The translations under genes were made by a program, and so were the position numbers. 64,000 nt of DNA from Octopus sinensis. Lineage: Eukaryota. This document shows, one piece after another, positions 54,042 through 64,000 of this stretch. Location of the stretch: NCBI RefSeq assembly GCF_006345805.1, contig NC_043020.1, forward strand, positions 2,666,001 to 2,730,000, read 5' to 3'. Within the stretch, counting starts at the first letter, position 1, and the number at the start of each line of letters is the position of its first letter. A model generated the notes under the pieces. That model saw only the letters and a program-made list of their open reading frames with translations, did no database searches and had not been told where the DNA came from.

Positions 54042-54251
54042 TAAATTAGGGTATCTATGAGATACCACCATGCTGAAAATAGCAGCCATAATCTGACTCT
54101 CAAACCACCTTAATTTTCTATATATCAACACGGTATCTTGTAGATACCCTAATTTATAATTTTAATAATTATTACCTTTGAAGGTTATTTTTTCCATGCT
54201 GACCACTTGATAAAATCGTTATTTTATTTTAAATTAACAATCTTATCCTCT

Positions 54252-54311
<60 letters not shown>

Positions 54312-55717
54312 ATTTATCAGTGGTGGCTGTTTCTCTTGTCTAAGAATTTCAGTAAAACATATTGCAACACGTTTGGCTTTATCTAATTTTGTTTTTGTCA
54401 CACAGAGAGTGAAATGTTATTTGTGTTTAACATTTAAGGATACCAGTAAACGGAGTTAAAATATTCAGGTGAAGTGGTTGCTAGCGAGATAACATATCAA
54501 AAATTTTAATTTATGGCTTCAGAGTTCATGTGTATGTTCTTGCTATTTAACTAACCTCGGTCTGTTCTTATCCAGCAGTTCTATGATCAGAAGGAGATTT
54601 TTTAGACACTATCTTGGACCACGTTAAATATAAAGGTGCAGGCATGGCTGTGTGGTTGAGAAGTTTGTTTCCCAACCACATGGTTCCAGGTTCAGTCCCA
54701 CTGCGTGGCACCTTGGGCAAGTGTCATCTACTATGGCCTTAGGCCAACCAAAACCTTGTGAGTGGATTTGGTAGACGGAAACTGAAAGAAGCCCATAATG
54801 TGTGTCTTTGTGTTTGATAATTGATGTTGGTGTGTTTACATATCCGTAACTTAGTGGTTTGGCAAATGAGACCAATAGAATAAATATTAAGCTTAAAAAA
54901 TAAGTACTGAGGTTGATTTGTTCAACAAAAACTCTTCAGGGTGGTGCCCCACCATGGCTGCAGCCAAATGACTGAAACAAGTAAAAGATAAAAGGGTTTT
55001 GTTTTAAATTTTTTATATAGCTAGTACAAGCTTTTGTACCATAATGAAAAAATGCACCTTTAGTTCAGTTGTGATCATTTTCAGATCAGATATAGGTGGC
55101 AAGCTGGCAGAAATGTTAGCACGCTGGGCGAAACGCTTAGCAGTATTTCATCTGCCGTTACGTTCTGAGTTCAAATTCCACCGAGGTCGACTTTGCCTTT
55201 CATCCTTTCGGGGTCGATAAATTAAGTACCAGTCTGTCCTTGTTTGTCCCCTCTATGTTTAACCCCTTGTGGTCAATAACGAAATAAGATATAGTCTCGA
55301 AACTGACAACTACAAAGCTTCTTAACACATATACTCACACACATGCATGGACACATGCACACACACACACACACATACATACCTAATTGACATTTTCTTA
55401 CTTTCTAATCTCATAAGACCCAACCTTGCCTTATTCTCTCTCCAGTACCCAAAAATCACTGGAATCATAAAACAATAAGGGAGCATCTATGAGATCACTC
55501 GGCCTGCTAGAAATATATATATATTGATAAGGAGAATGAAGAATTTGAACATTCAAACTTTATTTCCACTTTATTCATGATAAACTCAGAGAAAATTCAG
55601 TATCTGCCTGGATATTATATCCCTCCTCTTACTATATATATATATATATATATATCATTTACCATGATAGATCGGTAACCACTACACACATTTTTTTCTC
55701 TCCTTGTTTTTTTCTGT

Positions 55718-55759
55718 GTCCTTTTCTGTAGAAGAGCGTAGGCTCGAAACATTAAAGAC
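55718..55759 (+). ncRNA. Minimal hammerhead-like motif inside a roughly 190-bp insert between two (TA)n runs
   Basis: GTCCTTTT-CTGTAGA-AGAGC GTAG GCTC-GAAAC-ATT/AAAGAC; A6 of the core is replaced by U. Confidence 0.45.
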
Positions 55760-58700
55760 TTTTTCAATTCCCGAGTGTTATACTAATACATCTGTTTGTT
55801 TTCTACATCACCTGTCTTCGTCTTTTTCTTTTTTTGTGACTTCTCCCTATATATATATATATATATATAATGTAGGAAAGACAGAGCAACCCAACGTCAA
55901 GCTGCTCGTACAATCCAATGCGATTCTTGCAATAGGCTGTTTAGAGGAAGATATGGGCTATTAGCTATCAGGAAGCCCATCATCCCCTACAGCACAAATG
56001 GCCAGCCCCTTCAAACTGAAATGTACTAAATACTTAGAAACAAGTCTTTTGCCAAGCGAGAGAGAGAGAGAGAGGTTGCCTGTCTGCGGATGTGAATCGG
56101 ATTTTTGCAAAATGTTTTGTATGGCTGAGAATGTACCAACACCATCAAATGTGTTGATAGAGAACAAGCATACTGAAGATTGCTGTACACACACACTGTG
56201 AGAGAGAGAGAGTGAAAAACTGTCCAGTGTATGTCAGCATGGTAAAAATAGGTGATGGCAATAGTATTGTTGATTCGTTAATGATAATGTATTTATAATT
56301 TTGTATTTGAACTTTAGTTTTCTAATAGGAACATAGATTTTTGTAAAACAAAGAAAAAGCTTTGACAGTTTCTGTATGTCATATTGCAGTTGTTATTGTT
56401 CTCCAAGTCAGCCCTGATCCAGCAAAGACCTATAACGAAAGATGTTCTAGCTGGTAGCCCAAGACTATTTGACCCAACAGGGTAATGATTTAAGGGAGAT
56501 TTGACAGCTATTTTTAGCAGTCGAGCATGCTGCACAAAGCCTTCCTCATTGGTTTGTGGCTCCAATTATTTACTGATGCTTGGAAGAGGAAATAAGAAAA
56601 GCTTGTCTCATGAACTTAGAACAGAAAGTTGAAAGGTTATTTCTACCAGCTTTTACTACTCTTTTGATTAATTATTATTTCTCTCTCTATCTCAGGCACA
56701 TTTGTGTTTTTTTCTTTATTTGATTTTTAATGGATAGTTCTTCTAATGTAGCTAATAGGTGTCCTACATTAGCTGGTTGTTTCAACCTTAATGTATTACT
56801 GGTATTCATTTGAGCAGTTTAACTAGAAAGGAAGGTTATAAACCCAAATATTCTCTTGTGGATTTAGAACTCAGAAATGTGAGAGTGGAATAGCCTAACA
56901 GATACCCACACGGTACATGGATGCCAACTGATGATAAAATACTAAATATCATCTAAATATCATTAGCTCTCTCCAAGCTGTGCTTCTTTCTCCATTCTAC
57001 AGTTGCTAAATAAAAAAGAATAGCCAGCTATGTATAAAAAGAAAATAATGCAGATAATTTGTGGGAAAGCAAATTTCCTGCTGTAGTCGTCCAGAGAGGA
57101 TATTTTTTATGGATGTGTTTAAAAACATGAAGTATTTTAGCAGCAGATGAAAATCGTCCAGTAACGGTGATGAGAATGCTAGACACACATTTCTGCGTCA
57201 TTGGGCTTTGTCAGTAGCATGTACCCACTGTCAACCACATGCCAAGACAAAATCCATTGCTCCTGATAAATACAAAAATAGTGATTGAACAAGTGCTGCT
57301 GTTGCAAAAAGCTGCCCAGCTGAATAAAAATTCATTATATGCAACAGAAGCAGTATGAAGTCAAAATAGCCTTGTTTTTATCATACTTAATGCAGACACA
57401 TTGCAAGAAAGTAAATTTACTGTAGTATTTGTCTGCAGATAATATCTCTTATGGACATGCTGTGTTCAAAAGTGCAAACATATATCAATAGCAGACGTAT
57501 TTACATAAACTTAACTTTTGGTGTGAATTGGACAAATCTTCTCGACACAGTCTTAAGTTGGATACCTTTCCTGACACTAAGCCTTTCTCATCTCAACTAT
57601 GGTATTTTATTGGTCTTTGTCCATTGAGCCACAGAACTGTGCTACATAAGCAAACGTTAACTACTGCTGATGTAATATATTGATTTCTGGAACGGATGAA
57701 AGACGAAGTCGACCTTGGTGGAATTTGAACGCAGTATGTAAAGATTGATGAAAAGCTGCTATGCATTTTGCCAGACATGCTAATGGCTCTGCTGACTCAC
57801 TGCTTTTACCTGTGTAATATATTGATACTAATTGGGTAGTGATTATGTTTATGTGACACAATTTTGTGGTTCAGTGGACAAGAAGACCATTGAACACACA
57901 CACACTGAATGGGCTTCTTTCAGTTTCTGCCTACCAAATCCACTCACAAGGATTTGGTCAGCCTTCAGCTATAGTAGAAGACACTTGACCAAGGTGCCAC
58001 ATAGTGGCACTGAATCCATAACTGCATGGTTAGGAAGCAAGCTTTCTTAACCACACAGCCATGCCTGCACCTAAATGACTAGTTGCCAAGTGATAGTTTG
58101 TAATTTGAAGATGATTTGACTGGTGTTTCTAGCAAGTAGAATATCCTGCCTCCCACCTAAAAGCTTCATTATCGTTTTGAAATGTTACCCAGTTTATTGA
58201 TTATGGAAGTAATTGTATCAATGTAAGACGCTTGGTTGGCTGACTGACAAAACAGAGAGTTTAACAAGTGTTTGGTGCAACGTGAATTTCCAAGTGTCCT
58301 GTCCTGCTGCTAATGACGTTTTATTTCTGCAGGAATTGCAGAGCACAATTTGTTCAGCAACTTGCACATATGTAAATGCATCCATGCACAACTTCCTACA
58401 TGCTGCACGATTACGCTTGACGCTGTTTATTTTTCTCAGTTTCCTTTTCTTTTCCCTTGTTTTTTTTTTGTTGCTGTTATTGTTATCCAGATCCTGGCAA
58501 ACTGGCAGAATCATTAGCACACAGGCGGCGAGCTGGCAGAAATGTTAGCACGCCGGATGAAATGCTCAGCTGCGTTTCGTCTGCCGTTAGGTTCTGAGTT
58601 CAAATTCCGCCAAGGTCGACTTTGCCTTTCATCCTTTCAGGGTCGATAAATTAAGTAACAGTTATGCACCGGGGTTGATGTAATCGACTTAATCCATTTG

Positions 58701-59886
58701 TCCTTGTTTGTCCCCTCTATGTTTAGCCCCTTGTGGGCAATAACGAAATAAGAATCATTTGCACACCAGGCAAGATGCTTAGTGGCATTTTGTCTTTCCT
58801 TACCTTCTGAGTTCAAATTCCACTGAGGTCATCGACTTTGCTTTCATCCTTTCAGGGTCAATAAAATAAATACCAGTTGAGCACTGGGGTCGATATAATT
58901 CACCTGCCTCTTTCTCAGAATTGCTGGTTTTGTACCAAAAAAAAAGAGATTGAAACTGTTATTTAGACCCAGGTCACTTCTGATTAAGCAAACCTATGAT
59001 CCCTTAATCTATGGTCCACTTAAACAAAATAGGAACCAAAGGGGTCCATAGGTAAAAATATGGGTGAGAACCACTGGTTTAAGTGGTTAGTATTAGGGAA
59101 GATATTCAATCGTAGAAACCCGGCTAGACCAGACACTAGAGCACAATGCAGTTCTTGGGGCATATTGGATCCTGTCAAACCATCAAACCCATGTCTACAT
59201 CGGATGGTTTTATATTTACAGATATTTATTTGTATATTACATGTTTTTATACATCATATATGATGTATAAAAACATGTAATATACAAATAAATATCTGTA
59301 AATATAAAACCATCTGAATTTCTGAGTACCTCATTTCTTCTAATATAAAATACCTGTACATCATCTCCAAACCTTCTAATATATATATATATATATACAC
59401 ACACATATACACAGACACAGTGGTCTTTCAGTTTCTCTACGAAATCCACATACAAGGCTTTGGCCAGTCCAAGGCCATAGTAGAAGACACTAGTGTAATT
59501 TTTTTTCATTAGAGGCATCCGTTGCTTAGATCTTACCAACTTTAAATCCAGTACTCAAGTATGTTGGCTGTTAAAGTTATAGCACCTAAACCTAAGGCTG
59601 TGTGTATGCATGTGTGAGAGAGAGAGCGCTATTTGTGGTTGGTATTTACTTTGAACACCCAAAAACTATTTAGTGTCCATGTTTTTTATTCAGTGTCTAA
59701 GCTTTGGTTATTATTATCTCCTAGAAATGTATTCAATAACTGATATTTTACTACCCTCTTAGGTCACCATATATGTTTTGAGAATCTGAAAGAGCTTCAG
59801 TATGAAATCTAATCCTACTTGTTAGATACAACCTGAATGACTCAGAACTTCTGGCCAGCATTTTCTCTCTCTCTCTCTCACATACT

Positions 59887-59917
<31 letters not shown>

Positions 59918-60564
59918 TGGTGAAAATGAACCAGGAAATAGTAGTAACATTATAAAATAAAGTTTACTGGGAGCATTAAAAGCAAACAACTAAAAATTAT
60001 GTAACGAAAACAATAGAATGCACAGTAATTGGCCGAGAGAAGTGTATTAGTGTTGGAGAATAGATAACTCAGAGATGCCATCGTTATGAAAATTATTTCT
60101 CGTTAGCCTTTAAATGTTACAATAAATATATTATGTAGAAGTAAATAATTAAGTGATGGCAAAAAAGTTTATGATTGTCGCATTTTTTTTATTGTTTTTT
60201 TGTTTCTTTTTATGTCTATTTTTTCCATGCTGGTCATGGATTGAATAAAGCTTATTGAGGCAGTATCCTATGGCCTAATGCTGTTCTTGGGATCAACCCT
60301 TATTTTTCTAGTGAGTTTTAAAAAAATTTTTGCTGGTTTTTGCATAAAACTGCTGAACCAGGTCATGTTGTTTACAGGAGAGGTAAACAAACACATTTAC
60401 ATACATGTACACACACACACACACATTTTCTAATTGTATTTGTCTAGTAAATGACTTGATATAAGACTGTGTTGATATTGACGTAGCTGCATCATAGAGA
60501 GGTCATATATATAATGTGTGTGTGGGTGTATATATGGCTTGTATGACTGTGCTGTATATATATA

Positions 60565-60606
<42 letters not shown>

Positions 60607-61112
60607 CATACACATAAAATGTGCCGGTGGCACATAAAAAGCACTAACCAATCATGGCTGTTGCCAGCCTCTCCTGGCATGTAAAAAGCACCCTCTACAC
60701 TCACGGAGTGGTTGGCACTAGGAAGGGCATCCAGCTGTAGAAACGCTGCCAGATCAGACTGGAGCCTGGTGCAGCCTTCTGGCTTCCCAGACCCCGGTCG
60801 AACCATCCAACCCATGCTAGCATGGAAAACGGACGTTATACGATGATGATGATTATATATATATATACACACACACACACACAGCACAATCATACAAGCA
60901 GTGTCATTCATTTCCAATAGTGTGCAAAAGTATGTCTGGCTATGGAGAAATATTACCTTAGTTGGAAACAGGTGAGGAATTATGATCAAAAGAGCGTTTG
61001 GCCATAGAAAATCTGCTTCAGTAAACTTCATCCTCCAACCTAGCATAAAAACGTGGGCATCAAAAACAAAAAATGACAGACATAGAAGCATAGAAATTAG
61101 CTTGGTTTAGAC

Positions 61113-61731
61113 CAGAGGTTCTCAACCAGGGTCCATATAAGATTTTGGGGGATCCATGCAAGCAACATAGTCAATTGGAGATCCAAGGTAGTATTTCAAG
61201 GGTCCATGAAAAAAGTCTGCTTTATATGTATTTATTGCAAGAAACAGGTCTCAGTTTCTTTCTTTAATGTTTTGCATAGTTTTCAACATGTTTCCGGCCA
61301 CTGAGACATGTTCTCTCAGAGAGAGCTTTTGCAAATCTATGCAAGTAAATGTATAAGAATCAAAATAGGAATTTTGAAAGGGCTATCTATAAAATTAGTT
61401 TGCTGCTGGACTGGCTCCTGTGCAGGTGGCCTGTAAAAAGCACCATTTGGGTGTGGCCATTGCCAGTACCACCAAACTGGCCCTCGTGCCGGTGGCACAT
61501 AAAAAGCACCCACTACACACTCGGAGTGGTTGGTGTTAGGAAGGGTATCCAGGTGTAGAAACTCTGCCAGATCAAGATTGGAGCCTGGTTCGCCAGACCT
61601 CAGTCAAATCGTCCAACCCATGCTAGCATGGAAAGTGGACGTTAAACGATGATGATGATGACTGGCTACAGGGTCCACCAGGATAAAATATTAATCATAG
61701 GGGTCCATAGATGAATGGTTGAGAACCACTG
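61113..61731. mobile_element. hAT-Charlie-like non-autonomous element interrupted by a SINE (61405-61660)
   Basis: TIRs CAGAGGTTCTCAACC / GGTTGAGAACCACTG; flanks GTTTAGAC / CTGTAGAT; a related right end lies at about 59010-59075. Confidence 0.8.
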
Positions 61732-64000
61732 CTGTAGATGGATGCTTGCTTCTCTTTCTAAATTTTGTGGTTACCAGAGTGAAATGGAGATGAATCCCAT
61801 CAAGTATTAATAATCAGAAAATAATCTATTCATGTTATCTTTTAATTGCAGAAATTAATAACTGTAATTAATATTCTTTTCAATAAATTGCTCTCTGTGT
61901 CATTCTTGGCTTTTAATTTCATTACGTTTACTCATTGTGGTTGATGTCACATTGAAAAACTCTCTCTCCCAGTAAACCAACAGAGACAATGAGTGCTTGT
62001 GTTAATAGATGAAGTGGAATGATTTATAATTGTAATAATAAAAATAATTACTTTATGTGGAGTGGCGGGAGGTGGGGGGTTGTTTATATGTGTCAAGTAA
62101 TTAAATCAAACGAATGAGATGGCTGGATGAAAATAATTAAATGAAAGAATCCTAAGAAAGTTTGTTAGTCAAATTGGTTACATTTGATATGTTTTTAATA
62201 TGCATAATAAAATATTAGTTTCAAATTCTGGCACAAGACCAGCAATTTCAGAGGAGGAGGGGCTAAATCAATTAAATCAACACCAGCGCTCGGCTGCTAC
62301 TTATTTTATTGACACTGAATGAATGAAAGCCAAATCGAATTTGAACTCAGAATGTGAGGATGGGTGAAATACCTATTTCTTTACTACCCACAAGGGGCTA
62401 AACACAGAGGGGACAGACAAACAGAATCAAGTTGATTATATCGACCCCAGTGCGTAACTGGTCTTTAATTTATCGAACCCGAAAGGATGAAAGGCAAAGT
62501 CGACCTCGGTGGAATTTGAACTCAGAACATAGCGGCAAACAAAATACCGCTAAGCATTTTGCCCAGTATGCTAATGATTCTGCCAGCTTGGCACCTTATG
62601 CAGAGTAGAAATATTACAAAAACAGACAGTAAATGTATAATGGAGAGGTAGGCTAGTTAGGCTGGTTCAAGTGCTAAATTTCTTTGCAGATTAAAGCAAT
62701 TAGGCATTTAATTAAAACAAGTTATTAAAATAATTTACTTAGATGGGTTTTTCTTTTACCCTTTCACTGCTGTGTGTGTGTCACATGTGAAACGGGTCAC
62801 ATTTTCCTGGCATCTCGGCTGAGTTCAAATTCCACCGAGGTCGACTTTGCCTTTCATCCTTTCGGGGTTAATTAAATAAGTACTAGTAAATCACTGGGGT
62901 CAATATAATCGACTTAATCCCCTTGTCAGTCCTTGTTTGTCCCCTATATGTTTAGCCCCCTGTGGGCAATAAAGAAATACATATATGATATGCATTCCCA
63001 ATTTTTATTTCCAACTATCAGAGTAACTTGAGACTTATGATAGGAAAGCTTTATACTACCCAGAACCAGGGATTAACTAAGTCTGAAAATAAGCAAATCT
63101 TTTATCTTTGAACTGTTTCAGTCATTAGATTGTGGCCATGCTGGGGCACCACCACCAAAGAACTTTTTTAGTGGAATGAATCAACCCTAGTACTTATTTT
63201 TTGTTTTAAGCCTCGTACTTATCCTATCGCTCATTTATGGGGACGTAAATAAACCAACAACGTTAAAAATAAATAACTAAACAAAAGATGTGCATATGGA
63301 ATGTATTAACTTGGTGCTCAGTAAAGGTGGAAAAAAAGGGCTGTTTCTTGTAATCCATACCAATATATACATCTAAAGCAAAAATTTTTCAGGGGCCCTT
63401 AAAATACTATTTTGGATGCCCAATTTACTATTTTGTTGTGTGAACCCCCCAAAATATTACACGGACCCTCAGGGGGCCACTGATGTAGAGGCTCCCTCAT
63501 TGGCCCCTAAAGTAACTGGTATCCAGCAGAGGCTGAAGCTATCTACTGTCGTACTCAAAATATCATTATGTCGCATTACACTATCAGAAGCAGCTCTCAT
63601 CCCATTAATGCGGATATTTAGAATAGCAATGTGTGTGTGTGTGTGTGTGTGTGTGTGGCCAGTTGATCTGACCAGCTGATGCTAAGCTTTGTATCAATTG
63701 ATTTTTACTGTACATATGATATTTCTGCTTTTTAACATCATCATCCAGTTTGTTTTGTTTTATATACATTATATATAGGCGCAGGAGTGGCTGTGTGGTA
63801 AGTAGCTTGCTTACCAACCACATGGTTCTGGGTTCAGTCCCACTGCGTGGCACCTTGGGCAACTGTCTTCTACTATAGCCTCAGGCTGACCAAAGCCTTG
63901 TGAGTTGATTTGGTAGACGGAAATTGAAAGAAGCCCGTCGTATATATGTATATATATATATATATGTGTGTATGTTTGTGTGTCTGTGTTTGTCCCCCTA

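Overview
This is a eukaryotic, AT-rich, microsatellite-dense window whose repeat content suggests an octopus/coleoid genome (inferred, not verified). The only clear host gene is RECQL4 on the minus strand. Its CDS (about 26016->21989) appears to have no introns and is split by a single -1 frame change next to a U_UUA_AAG heptamer. It has a probable non-coding first exon and E2F/CGCG-type promoter near 32.1-32.2 kb, bracketed by inverted MITE copies. A probable last exon of a convergent C2H2 zinc-finger gene lies at 3019-3132. The rest is mostly transposon-derived: two Naiad-type Penelope-like elements (RT plus GIY-YIG) in tandem, one carrying a hammerhead ribozyme; an internally deleted ORF1-only CR1/L2-type LINE; Tx1/L1, RTE, Tc1 and hAT remnants; and many SINEs. 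A recurring unannotated signal is a set of short inserts in (TA)n tracts that carry hammerhead-like motifs and/or form long fold-back hairpins. Most short ORFs in the track are microsatellite or SINE artefacts.
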